Source: Takakia lepidozioides (lineage: Eukaryota > Plantae > Bryophyta). From it: a stretch of 64,000 bases of DNA. Position 1 is the stretch's first letter; each line of letters starts with the position of its first letter. Shown here in pieces: positions 23,542-36,564 of this stretch. A program made the position numbers and the translations under genes. The notes beneath the pieces were generated by a model. It had not been told where the DNA came from. It made no database searches and was given only the letters and a program-made list of their open reading frames with translations. The DNA lies in contig CM060731.1 in the NCBI GenBank assembly GCA_030704615.1, forward strand, positions 93,372,001-93,436,000, written 5' to 3'.

Positions 23542-26500
23542 ATGCCGAAGGGGAGGAAGCAGATGCGTCTACAGGAGGAGATTGCCATCTCCGAGCAGCA
23601 GGCCACTCAGGCAACCCAGCCACCAGTGAGAGCTCCATGCGATCGGGCTGCGCGCAGCTGATCGAGCACCGAACCCCCCATTTTGCTTCTGTAATTCTTA
23701 GACTGAATGCTAGGAGACTTGAATGCAGAACATGTTTGCATGCATAACAGGAAAGGTGGACGTGCTGGAGGGATCGTAGGAATGAAGAGCCGCAGGAAGA
23801 GTCCGAGGGGGAGCTAGCTGCAGCACGTACACCCACCCGATCCCGAGCGAGGGGGTATTCCTGCCGGCCTAGCCCTGTGCGTTTCAAAGACGCGGCTTCG
23901 AAGGGCAAGTTCAAAGCCCCAGAGATCGACTCGCGTTCTTTGGTCATGGAGAATCGCAGCAGGGGTCGGGCCCTTCTCCAGCAAAGTCGAGAAGAAGAAG
24001 CAGCCCGTCCCTCTACTGGTTTCTGAACCGGCTCAGGCCGCTTCACCCCCACCAACGCGAATGAAGCAGCCTGGTAAAAGACAGATTCAATTGCAGCAGA
24101 CACCTTCACCTACAAGGATGAGGAAGCAGAAGGCAATCAGGGCGACGACCGAACAATCTCCCACAAAACCGCTTCCACGAGCTGAAGCTCAGTTCCTGGA
24201 GGATTTCCCGCCTGCAGATGTTGGGGCCGACTCTGCTGCAGCGAAGGCAATGGGATCAACCGTTTCTGTTGATTTGGTACCGGAGGAGGGTGCTGCCGCT
24301 CAACATTCGCAGCAAGACCTCACCCCTGATGAGCAAGCAGGCCCGGAGGAGGCCTCTGCAATGGCAGAATGCCGCAGACAGGCCCCAGAGTGCAGCTCTA
24401 GTTGAGGATGCTCCAGCTGCTCAGCCACTACCGGCACCTACAGACATGTCTCCGGAGGATTTCAAAAGTGCAGCGGATACAATGTTGGAGGAGACACACA
24501 ATATCATTGGCAGAGTTCTGGGCAGCAGGGTATTCCAGCGGACTCTTCGAATCCCACTCTGTCGCATGGTCTCCCTTCCCATCGTCAGGCAGGCCCTTCC
24601 CGGAGATGTGGATAAGCTCAAGTTCGCATTTCGAGAAGGGTACGGTCTGGGATCGGCAGCGTTTTACGTTTCCATTGAGAATGAGGACGGCGAAACTCGT
24701 GGACCCTGCCGATGAATTGTCAACGTGGGATACCCACTGGCACACTCGCCACAACGAATTCGAGGCGACGCTGAAGGTTGATCCAGACTTCGGCCATATG
24801 TCGGGTAAAATGTTCTTTGTGTGGGACGGGAATCACCGACTTCTCGCCTGGTGGGAGTACATCAAGCAGAACCATGCCAAGCACATTGGCTGGCATTACA
24901 TGGTGGAGTGTGTCATCCTCAAGGTGAAGGCGGCAGACTCCTCCTTGCTCAAGAATGCCATGGCGGACCTCAAACTCGTAAGATACTCATACCCTCCCAA
25001 GCACGTTTGAAATGCGGTGCCGCATTCGGTTTCCAATCTGTTTTGTTTCCGTGCTTTCGTGGATGAACTGGAGAGTGTGCCTTGCAGGGTCACTGAAAAA
25101 TGCGTACGTGCATACCCACATGGCACATATGTTGTACAGGGTGAGGGGAAAACTGGTCTCACTGATCCGCCACATGTTTGCGGAATGCTGGGAGCCCGAG
25201 CTCATTCAGAAAGCCGTGGCAAAAACTGACCGGACATGGTATCGTCTCACTATGGATGGAATGGTGGTGGAGGTGATATACGAAGTAAGTCGTCCTCCCA
25301 TTTCCCTCTGCCATCCTTCAGATTGAAATTTCCAGTAATAATCTTCCACATGAATCGAATGTAACGCTTCTGCATGTTTTTGTTGGCAGTCAAACATCAA
25401 GCTGGATTTGGCCCATGCCAAACGCTTCTTCATGGAAAGTGAGGGGCAGGTGAAAAACGTTGCAGTCATTGACTGAGCACTTGAAGGAAGCTGGTTGTCA
25501 AGTCCAGAACCAAATACAAGTCAAGCGTGTGAAGCTGGTGGCAATTGCAGATCCGGCACTTGGAAAGGACTTCATCCCCGAGATTGCAAAACACTATTCT
25601 CGGGCCATGCAGCCGACCATGCAATTGGAGAAACTGCATCACCTCTCAACGGCATGTGTTGAGGCGAAAGAGAAGGTGAGGTTTCACTGCACTGAAGTTC
25701 CTTCCTAGCAATAGCCACTCTCTTCCAGCTCCTGACATTGGATCGGAAATGGCAGACACGGTGGCTGTCGATCTGGAATGCATGGGAGCATAAGGACAAT
25801 GTGATCTTTTCCACTCGAAGTTCCGACCCTGCAGGGATGTGTGGCTCAACCGCATGACTTGGTGGTTCCAGGTAATTCAAGGTACTCCCCAGATTTGCTT
25901 TTCTGAAATGAATTCCCTGAATTGCTACGTGACAATGCATTTGGGAATCGCAGGTAATGGGCGAATGCGAAGGAGCAAGTCGTAATGCACACAAATTCGT
26001 TCGGCTTGTATGTCAAATGGATGGAACACAGACATTGGAAGACTACGTGACACGTTTCAGATGTGCGTACAAGGACAACCTTTTCGCCAGAGAGCTACAG
26101 ACAGCAAGAAGGAGACGTGGAGTTTACACATCAGGAGGGAGCGGGGGAAAGCTGGGGGAATGCGAATTGTTTACAGGTGAAGCCCAGCTGCCCTTGTATG
26201 CGAAGCCTGGTTACGAGGTTTGTCTCCGAAATGTGGCACCGCATTCGCATTTTATGTTTTCGGTGGCACTCTGCGAGTAGGTTCGTCCAATCTTATGCTC
26301 ACGCATGCTGACTGCCTTGCAGGTATATGAAATACGTGCTCCTTCAGACAGGGGCCCTGGCTCAAGAGCCCCCGTTCTTCATGGCTTGGACCGTGGCGGG
26401 TCCAAGCTGTGTGTCTACACACCCGAGATGCAGAAACAATGGCATCCCGCGCATCTCGTTGGATGCCCCTGGTACCTGGATATGTCTGGCGGTATTGTTG

Positions 26501-28650
26501 ACGAGTTGAGAAAGATCTGCACGCCTTGGCAGAAGAGAAGAGAAAGGAAAGACGGTCCCTGCTGGGCCAGAGTCGGCAAAGGAATCTGCTGCTCTGGAAG
26601 AATCCAGAAAGGCAGCTGAGATGGCACAAAAGACGGTGGATGCAGCTGTGCAGGCCCCAACAGAAGGGGTCGAAGAAGAGGACTCGCCAGCAAGGAGCAG
26701 CTGTTGTGACACCCGCCCAAAACGAAGAAGTAGAAACAGCCTGTTCAGGAAGAGGGTGAGGAAGAGGACTCCGATGGAGACTTTGCAACCAGCCCACCCC
26801 CCAAACGCAGGCTGCCTCCCTGTGCCCACCGTTGTCACAGAGGCACGAGAACTGGCTCGGCAAAGAAGGCACTCTTCAACCCCCCAGGGGGGCACCCTTT
26901 CGAGCCGGTGGAAATGAAGAGGCCGAAAGTGGCTCCCGAAACAGTATTCCAGTGTGTAAATGAGAATTTCTTGGCGGCTTTGGATGGACGGGCAGCCAAG
27001 TTGGCATACATGAAGACCATGGAGGGTCTGAAGGGCTGAGCACTGAAGAAGGCGACTGCCGAAGAGCCTTCGACACCCCAGGATTTTAGAATATGGTCTC
27101 GTTCTTGAGAGGGTGTGTGCAGACAAGGATTGTAGGAGGGGGAAATGCCACCGAGTGGTCTTGCGATATGATCATCTTGGATATCCGGACGGAGAGCCTG
27201 TGGAAGGACTGCAAGCTTTGCCATCTGGAACAGGTACTCGGAGGACTTTTGGAAGAGAAAGGATTCGGGCTTGCCCGCATGGTGTTGGACGACAGAGGGT
27301 GTGTGGTTGTCCTGGCGAGCAGAGGAAAAACACTCAGACAGGATTGCGAAGTGGACCCGCAAGAGCGCCGTCCCGATTCTGAAAAGAAGTGGACGTGCAT
27401 CAACCACACTGGGCCTTCGGTCGGAAGGGAAGAAGGTGATTACGACACTGGCACTCGTCCATTCATTTGCTTGGGGTTTTTGAAATGCGGTGCCGCATTC
27501 GGTTTCTAATCGTTCCCCCTGTGTATGCAGACGAAGCAGTTCGATGCATACTGCTTTGTGAAGGAGAACTCCACCTTTGCTTTCCGGAAGGAGGGAGGAA
27601 AGGTTGACCCGAACTGCGACCCCCTCGATTACGACGTTCTGTTCAACAACGTTCCCAAGGAACTTCTCCCTCATAGCCTCACTTCAACGGAACCCTGCGG
27701 TACTCACGGACTCGGAGCCCTGCCTTCATTCAGACAATTATGGAGACATGCACAGACGTGGAGGGCACAGTGCTCGACCTCATCTGTGGGACAGGGTATG
27801 CAGAATCTTGATCTATGCTGTTCTGCAATTCTCGTTAGGATGTAGTTCGCAACATCTGAAGCGTCATGTGGTAATGTGTGGATGGCATGTAACAGGTGCC
27901 TCAATGTGGGGCTGGGCGGTTGTCCGACGGCACTCTTTGCCTACGAGGAGGATTCATCCGTGTGGGGATCCCATCTGGAAGGGCTCAACGGAATGTTAAG
28001 GCTCCCAACAGAGCGGAAGTCTCCTCGGATTCGTCGGAGTCCGAGGAAGACACAGTGGACATTGATGCGGAGGAGAACCCGGAATACGATGTGAGTGCAA
28101 ACATTGTAAGTTTGCAAAGCCTTCTGGGTCATTTTTGTCAAACGAATTCCCGACTGTGGTTCTCATTAGTCTCGTTGATGATTGTCATGTGCAAGATTGC
28201 AGGGTCCGGGTCGAAATATGTAGGGCCTACACTTCCTGCTGCCAGGAAGAATGTCCCGTTCTTTGCGAGGGCCGACTTCAATGACGAGCCCGGTGGAGGG
28301 ACTACTCCCTTCCTAGTTTGCCGCAAATACAGCGATTAGAAGAAGTGAGAATCCCATAAGTAGAGCAGATTTGGAGAGGGCTAGGGAGGACAGAAGGATA
28401 AGGAAGAGTTGGCAGCAGCTCAGACAGGTAGACGGGTACAAAAGTACATATGTGATTCAGCGGATGAGAGCGACGCAGACAGGGAGGAAGAAGACCCAAC
28501 GGAGGTGAGATGGACAGTTCCGCAAGGGGAAGATGGATTTTCGAAAGCCTGGCCAACGAGCAGTCCGCTGGAGATGAGAAAGGCACTGAGGGGGTGGAGG
28601 CGGAGCAGGACAGTCTAGAACAGGATGGGATTAGATGATTTTCAAGATAA
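23542..28650 (+). CDS. Multi-exon ParB-like + DNA methyltransferase-like protein (subfamily B; many small indels)
   Basis: MFFVWDGNHRLLAWW at ~24810-24855; WSCDMIILDI at ~27155; VLDLICGTG at ~27770; acidic C-terminus EVRWTVPQGEDG shared with A. Confidence 0.7.
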
Positions 28651-28784
28651 TAGAATTTAATGAAGTCTCTGTAAATGTAAATTCTCTTCCAGAGTATATA
28701 AAGGAAAATCTCCCCGACATTCGTGACCCTCTCCAGTGTGCATTCCAGCCACACAATCGGCCCAAACCACGACGTCCCAAAATC

Positions 28785-29470
28785 AGAAATGGGGCACCGC
28801 ATTTCCAAAATTTTGGCAACTCTAAAAACCTCTTTTGGAATGCGGCACCGCATTTCCAAACAGGGGAGGGACTAAATTTTCCATTTCAATGTGGCATAGT
28901 AAAAAGTAATCGGCCGATTGGAAATGCGGTGCCGCATTTCCAAAATTTCTTTGTCCACACGCCAGTTTTGGCTTCTCTCGCTCATTGCATGGATGCCACC
29001 ACGCGTACAGAGGTCGAACAAGGAGGTCGAGATGGCGGAATTGGAAATGCGGTGCCGCATTTCCATATTGAGGATGGTCGTTGTTTGAACTGCAGGCCCA
29101 TCAGCAAAAATGGCACCGCATTCCATTGTCAAAAAAAAAGTCGATGACGGACATGGAAATGCGGCGCCGCATTTCCAGAACGGAAATCGCAATTTGTCAA
29201 TTGCAGACCCTCTCACGGAAATGCGGTAACGCATTCCATCGAGCTGGTAGGAAATGGGTGCACTTTTCAAAGTGTGACGGAAAATGCGGGCACAGCATTC
29301 CCTTGTCCAAAAAGAAGTTTCCATTGCCAAGCTGGAAATGCGTCGCCGCATTTGCAATGCCAACCTCGTTGTCTGTCCAATTTATAGACCCGTGTTGGTA
29401 TTTCGCGTACCTGGAGGAAATGATGCACCGCATTCATTGTCCGACACTGAAATGCGGTTATACATTTCCA
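28785..29470. repeat. Second, more degenerate B-palindrome array downstream of the ParB-MTase-like gene
   Basis: Repeated GGAAATGCGGYRCCGCATTTCC variants. Confidence 0.85.
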
Positions 29471-29722
29471 TGCCGACATGGCGTTACTATCGTATATTCT
29501 GACACAGACTCTCATACCGGTTACTCTGGGATATCATCCGGACAGACAAATTGTAGAAATGAGACATCATAATTGTAAACAGTGGGCCAATTCCGACAGT
29601 TATTCAACAGAATGAAACACAATCATACAGAAGTGAGGTACGATGGGTTTATTGATCGGACACGATGTCTCACATTTACCAACTGCAGACAAAACTAAGC
29701 CCTTCCTCCTTCTACATGGGCT

Positions 29723-30422
29723 TCACCAAGTCGACGGAACTTCGATACCCCTCAAAACAAGCTCATCACTGCTGCGGCACCTCGAGGTAAACTGCAATTC
29801 GGTCGTTCTGCTGCCCTTGCTGGAGCCGACGACAATGTCATGTCCATCAATGATACCACCATCATACATTGACAAGGTCACTGTGGGCCTCATGTGCCCG
29901 TGCGATTCGTCTTCGCAACTCAGCCGAATGTCTCCATACACTGGAAGAGCGGAGTGATCTGCACGTATATAGTTTTCCCCGGTGCCGTCCTCCCTGGTCC
30001 ACTGGCAGCAGTTCCAGCGCCAAAGCGAGGCTGTGCGTGATCTGTCCGGCATCCCTTTCCAGCTTGGTATATCGAGGTCAACAATTTTCAGGACCCACGG
30101 ACCGCATTGACCCTCGCCCTCACCTCGCTCAAAGCGTAATAGCCCTCCAGATACTCCATTGCGCGCAAAGACTCTTGCTTGATTCCAGCAGCGTCTGTGA
30201 AAACAGAGAGCCAGACAATGATGTCTCCTGATTCTGGTTGAACATAGCATAATCGTGGCCATGATAAGGGCAGTCGGCTGGATTTCGGCGGCACGGCATC
30301 CTTGAAAAAGAGTAGCGGAGTACGCTCAATGACAGCAGCTCCCGGATGGAGGAAGAGCAGCGCGGTGGCTGGAAAAAGTTCAAGCTAACGCTGCAATTCC
30401 TCACAAACACTCCAGGGCACAT
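29723..30422 (-). CDS. Unknown protein, paralog 1 of divergent pair (frameshifted)
   Basis: ...SLWRWNCCQWT..PVYGDIRL..YDGGIIDGHDIVV..ELVLRGIEVPSTW; conserved in three copies. Confidence 0.6.
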
Positions 30423-30645
30423 TTAAATTTCCCCCCTACAGGATCCTGGACCGATGAAGATTGGCTGCTGCATGAATGTAGCCGTTTCAGTTTCCTACCC
30501 TGCCATGCAAACTGGGCAGTCACTGCCAGGTGGGCCGATAGCCACTGGACACGACGAAGTCCATCCCCTCTTCGATGTAAATGCGGCGCCGAATTTCCAT
30601 CCGGGGGATGGACTTCGGTGGCAGATCTCAAACTATAACTTGTTG

Positions 30646-31407
30646 ATGAGAAAGATGTATGGGTTCATCCACCGCTGGCGTGATGAACACGTTCCACCTC
30701 CGTCGGTGGGTACGTGGGACCCAGATGCTCCATTATTGGAGGCCGGACTGCTCTTCCGCTTCGCATCATTTCCAAAATCTAAGGGCTTCGTAGCTGTCCG
30801 CAAGGTCATCGGCATCCAAGTCGTCCTCAGGTCCTCCTTTGCAAGGATGCCGTGCTTCCGGAACCGGGACGACTGCCCATTTGGAGGCATCGATTATGCA
30901 ATGTATTCGGCCACATCGGGAGACATTGTTATCTGGTACACAGATTACAGAGAAGATACTGGTTCGATTGTGGAAACATTGGTGGCTTTTGAGTATATCC
31001 TAGGCCACTACGCCTTCGAGCGGGTGACGATCTTGGTCTGAGGAGTCCTGGCTCCTGCGCATCCTCGATTCCGATTTTCCCAGCTACGACGGTCACCCAT
31101 GCAGAAGAAGGCGCACTGCTATGCTGTTGCGGTGGAACTGCTGCCACTGGACGTGGGTGGACTCCATCGGAGAGACCTATTCTCCTGAAGGAGTGCGCTC
31201 CTCTTCTCCATTGTATGGGGACATTCGCATTGGTGTGGACGACGAAAACGTGAAGATTTCCATATTCGATGGTGGTATGATTGAAGGGCAGGACATTGTG
31301 GTGAACATCACTAGGGGCGGTACAACGGCTGCAATCGACTTTACCTGGAGGAGCCCATGACTCATGAGCTAGTTCTGAGAGCAGTCGAAGTCCCATTGAC
31401 AACGTGA
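30646..31407 (+). CDS. Unknown protein, paralog 2 of divergent pair (frameshifted; start uncertain)
   Basis: ...MLLRWNCCHWT..PLYGDIRI..FDGGMIEGQDIVV..ELVLRAVEVPLTT. Confidence 0.6.
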
Positions 31408-31870
31408 CTTGTATTCAGTAGGCACAGGGCTAAAGATTTGTTTGCACAATCAGCACAGTAGACGTGCTTCAAATGCAATTCATGTGGATCAATAAAAACC
31501 TCATTGTGCCCTCTTTTTATTCTATTCTGTGTCCATCGTTCCGAGAATGCGTCATTGCTCATTTCGTTTGGGATTGGGAGTGTGGGTGGATTTTGCAAGT
31601 GGCTGGTAGGCTGAAATGGGCCCCCATTGTACAGAGCAGTACCACCCTACCATTCGCGAAACATTGCCTTTCAATATATAATTCTAAAAAACATTGCCGA
31701 ACCTCCTTCATCGGGAGGTCCTTCTCCCCCTATGACCGTGGCACCCTAAACCCTATTCCCGCGGACACTCATTTCCGGAAAATAGTGCTGCTCATGTTTT
31801 TTTCCACACTTACGACTCTGCTCATGGCTCATGCCGCTCATGGCTCATGGCTCATGAAATAGCAGCCCCC

Positions 31871-34800
31871 AGCACGAGGCAATCAAGGGGAGGGCGGAGC
31901 AGTCTCCCGCAAAACCGATTCCATGAGTTGAAGCCCAGTTCCTGCTTGATTTCCAGCCTGATGATGTTGGGGTCGTCTCTGCTACAACGAAGGCAATGGG
32001 ATTGACCGATTTTGTCGATCTGTTACCGGAGGAGGGTGCTGCCGCTCAACGTTCGCAGCAAGACCTAACCACCGTTGCGGAAGATCTTCATAATACTGCA
32101 GGCCCGGAGGAGGCCTTTGCAATGGCAGAATTGCCCGCAAAGATTCCCCAGAGTGCAGCTCCAGTTGGGGATGCTCCAGCTGCTGAGCCCCTACTGCCAC
32201 CTACAGAAATGTCTCCGAAGGAATTCCAAAGTGCAGCGGATACAATGTTGGAGGAGACACACAGTAGCATTGGCAGAGTTCTGGGCAGCAGGGTATTCCA
32301 GCGGACTCTTCGAATCCCACTCTGTCGCATGGTCTCCCTTCCCATCGTCAGGCAGGCACTTCCCGGAGATGTGGATAAGCTCAAGTTTGCATTTTGAGAA
32401 GGGTACCGTCTAGATTCGCCAGCCTTCTACGTTTCCATTGAGAATGAGGACGGCGAAACTCGTGGACCCACTGCAGATGAATTGTCAACATGGGATACCC
32501 ACTGGCACACTCGCAACGACAAATTCGAGGCAACGCTGAAGGGTGATCCAGACTTCGGCCATATGTCGGGTAAAATGTTCTTTGTGTGGGACGGGAATCA
32601 CCGACTTCTTGCCTGGTGGGAGTACATCAAGCAGAACCATGCCAAGCACATTGGCTGGCATTACATGGTGGAGTGTGTCATCCTCAAGGTGAAGGCGGCA
32701 GACTCCTCCCTGCTCAAGAATGCCATGGCGGACCTCAAGTCGTAAGATACTCATACCCTCCCAAGCACGTTCGAAATGCGGTGCCGCATTTCGGTTTCCA
32801 ATCTGTTTTGTTTCCGTGCTTTCGTGGACTGAACTGGAGAGTGTGCCTTGTAGGGTCACTGAAAAATGCGTACGTGCATACCCACATGGCACATATGATG
32901 AACAGGGTGAGGAAAACCGGTCTCACTGATCCGCACATGTTTGCGGAAATACTGGAGCCCGAGCTCATTCAGAAAGCCGTGGCAAAAACTGACCGGACAT
33001 GGTATCGTCTCACTATGGATGGAATGGTGGAGGTGATATACGAAGTAAGTCGTCCTCCCATTTCCCTCTGCTCATCCTTCCCCAATTTTCAGTAATCTTT
33101 CCACATGAATCGAATGTAATGCTTATGCATGTTTTTGTTGGCAGTCAAACATCAAGCTGGATTTGGCCCATGCCAAACGCTTCTTCATGGAAAGTGAGGG
33201 GCAGGTCAAAACGTTGCAGTCATTGACTGAGCACTTGAAGGAAGCCAGGGTCAAGTCGAGAACAAAATACAAGTCAAAGCTTGTGAAGCTGGTGGCAATT
33301 GCAGATCCGGCACTTGGAAAGGACTTCATCCCCGAGATTGCAAAACACTATTCTCGGGCCATGCAGCCGACCATGCAATTGGAGAAACTGCATCACCTCT
33401 CAACGGCATGTGTTGAGGCGAAAGAGAAGGTGAAGTTTCACTGCACTGAAGTTCCTTCCTAGCAATAGCCACTCTTCTTCCTGCTCCTGACATTGGATCG
33501 GAAATGGCAGACACGGTGGCTGTCGATCTGGAATGCATCGGAGAGTATAAGGACAATGTGGTCTTTTCCACTCGAAGTTTCCGACCCTGCAGTGGATGTG
33601 TGGCTCAACCGCATGACTTGGTGGTTCCAGGTAATTCAAGGTACTTCCCCAGATTTGCTTTTCTGAAATGAATTCCCTGAACTGCTACGTGACAATGCAT
33701 GTGGGAACCGCAGGTAATGACGAATGCGAAGGAGCAAGTCGTAATGCATACAAATTTGTTCGGCTTGTACGTCAAATGGGATGGAACACAGACATTGGAA
33801 GACTACGTGACACGTTTCAGATGTGCGTATAAGGACAACCTCTTCGCCAGAGAGCTACAGACACCAAGAAGGAGCGTGGAGTTTACACATCAGGAGGGAG
33901 CGGGAAAAGCTGCAATGCAACTTGTTTACAGGTGAAGCCCAGCTGCCCTTGTATGCGAAGCCTGGTTATGAGGTTTGTCTGGGAAATGCGGCACCGCATT
34001 CGCATTTTATGTTTTCGGTTGCACTCTGCGAGTACTTTGGTCTGAACTTTTGCTCACGCATGCTGACTGCCTTGCAGGTATATGAAATACGTGCTTCTTC
34101 AGACAGGGGCCCTGGCTCAAGAGCCCCTGTTCTTCATGGCTTGGACCGTGCAGGCCCAAGCTGTGTCTACACACCCGAGATGCAGAAACAATGGCATGCC
34201 GCGCATCTCGTTGGATGCCCGTGGTACCTGGACATGTCTGGCGGAATTGTTGACGAGTCTGAGAAAGATCTGCACGCGAAAGCAGAAGAGAAGATAAAGG
34301 AAAGACGTGTCCCTGCTGGGCCACAGTCGGCAAAGGAATCTACTGCTCTGGAACAATCCAGAAAGGCAGCTGAGATGGCACAGAAGACGGTGGATGCAGC
34401 TGTGCAGGCTCAACAGAAGGGGTCAAAGAAGAGGACTCGCCAGCAAGGAGCAGCAGTTGTGACACCCAAGAAAACAAAGAAGCAGAAACAGATAGAGCAG
34501 GAAGAAGGTGACGAAGAGGACTCCGATGGAGACTTTGCAGCCAGGCCACCCCCCGAAATGTAGCCAAAATCCCATGTGCCCATCGTTGTCACGAGAGGGA
34601 CGAGAACAGGCTCGGCAAAGAAGGCACTCTTCAACCCCCCGGGGGGGCACCCTTTCGAGCCGGAGGAAATGAAGAGGCCGAAAGTGGATCCCGATACAGT
34701 AGTCCAGTGTGTAAATGAGAGTTTCTTGGCGGCTTTGGATGGACGGGCAGCCAAGTTGGCATACATGAAGACCATGGAGGGTCTGAAGGGCTGAGCACTG

Positions 34801-36429
34801 AAGAAGGCGGCTGCCGAAGAGTCTTCCGACACCCCTGGGTTTCTGAAGATGGTCTCGTTCTTTGAGAGGGTGTGTGCAGACAAGGATTGTAGGAGGGGCG
34901 GAAATGCCACCAAGTGGTCTTGCGATATGATCATCTTGGATATTCCGGACGGAGAGTCTGTGGAAGGACTGCAAGCTTTGCCATCTTGGAACAGGTTCTC
35001 CAAGGACTTTTGGAAGAAAGGATTCGGGCTCGCCCGCATGGTGTTGGACGACAGAGGCTGTGTGGTTGTCCTGGCGAGCAGAGGAAAAAACACGCAGACA
35101 GGAATTGCGAAGTGGACCCGCAAGAGCGTCGTCCCAATTCTGAAGAAGAAGTGGACGTGCATCAACACATTGGGCCTTCGGTCGGAAGGGAAGAAGGTAA
35201 TTACGACATTGGCACTCGTCCTTTTATTTTCTTAGGTGTTTTGAAATGCGGTGCCGCATTCGATTTCTAATCGTTCCCCATTGTGTATGCAGACGAAGCA
35301 GTTCGATGCATACTGCTTTGTGAAGGAGAACTCCACCTTTGCTTTCCGGAAGGAGGGATTGTTGGTTGACCCGAACTGCGACCCCATCGATTACGACGTC
35401 CTGTTCAACAACGTTCCCACGGAACTTCTTCCTCATAGCCTCACTTCAACGGAACCCCTGCGGTATTCACGGACTCGGAGCCCTGCCTTCATTCAGACAA
35501 TTATGGAGACATGCACTGACGTGGAGGGCACAGTGCTCGACCTCATCTGTGGGACAGGTATGCAGAATCTTGTTCTATGCTGTTCTACAAATTCTCCTTA
35601 TGCTTTAATTCGCAACATCTGAAGGGCCATGTTATGATGTGTGGATGGCATTGTAACAGGTGCCTCAATGTGGGCTGGGCGGTTTTCCGACCGGCACCTC
35701 TTTGCCTACGAGGAGGACACATCCGTCTGGGGATCCCATCTGGAAAGGCTGCAACGGAATGTGAAGGCTCCCATCAAAGCCAAAGACTCCTCAGATTCGT
35801 CGGAGTCGGAGGAAGAGACAGTGGACATTGATGCCGAGGAGAACCCAGAATACGAGTGAGTGCAAACATTGTAAGTTTGCAAAGCCTTTTGGGTGATTTT
35901 TTGTCAAATGCATTTCCGGACTGTGGTTCTCATTGGTCTCGTTGGTGATTGTTATGTGCAGGATTCCAGGATCCGGGTCGAAACATGTAGGGCCTACACT
36001 TCCTGCCAGGAAGAATGTCCCATTCTTTGCGAGGGCCGACTTCATGACGAGCCGGTGAAGGACTACTCCCTTCCTAGTTATGCAGCTAAACTCGCAAATA
36101 CAGCGATTAGACGATGTGAGAATCCCAGTAAAGTAGAGCAGATTTTGGAGAGGGCTAGGGAGGACAGAAGGATAAGGAAAGAGTTGGCAACAGCTGAGAC
36201 AGGTAGACGGGTGCGAAAGTTCATATGTGATTCAGCGGATGAGAGCGATGCAGACAGGGAGGACGACGACCCAACGGAGGTGAGATGGTCGGTTCCACAA
36301 GGGGAAGATGGGATTTTTGAAAGCCTGGCCAACGAGCAGTCCGCTGGAGATGAGAAAGGCAATGACGGGGTGGAGGCGGAGCAGGACAGTCAAGGACAGG
36401 ACGACGATACTGATGATTTTCAAGATTAA
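31871..36429 (+). pseudogene. ParB-MTase-like gene of host B copy (3' part)
   Basis: WDGNHRLLAWW (ORF 32482-32745), WSCDMIILDIPDG (ORF 34849-35235), RSPAFIQTIMETCTDVEGTVLDLICGTG (ORF 35251-35622); in-frame stops present. Confidence 0.75.
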
Positions 36430-36564
36430 TAGAATTTTAATGAACTCTCTGTACATTTAAATTCTCTTCCAGAGTATATAAAAGGAAATTCTCCCCGTCC
36501 TTCATGTCCCCTCTCCCATGTGCTTCTCAACGACACCATCGTCCAAACCATGTCCCTCCCAAAA

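Larger units (their letters stand above)
16720..31870. mobile_element. Apparently complete ~15.15-kb subfamily B Mutator-like element nested in another B copy
   Basis: Left end ACCTGAGCAGAAAC(CATGAGC)n; right end (GCTCATG)n AAATAGCAGCCCCC; flanks rejoin into sequence matching the intact gene at ~24085-24140. Confidence 0.85.

Noticed and set aside
16720-31870. Helitron or tyrosine-recombinase element as explanation for the missing TSD
   Set aside because: No Rep/helicase or YR motifs recognised; no TC..CTRR ends; the encoded enzyme has DDE/CxxH motifs
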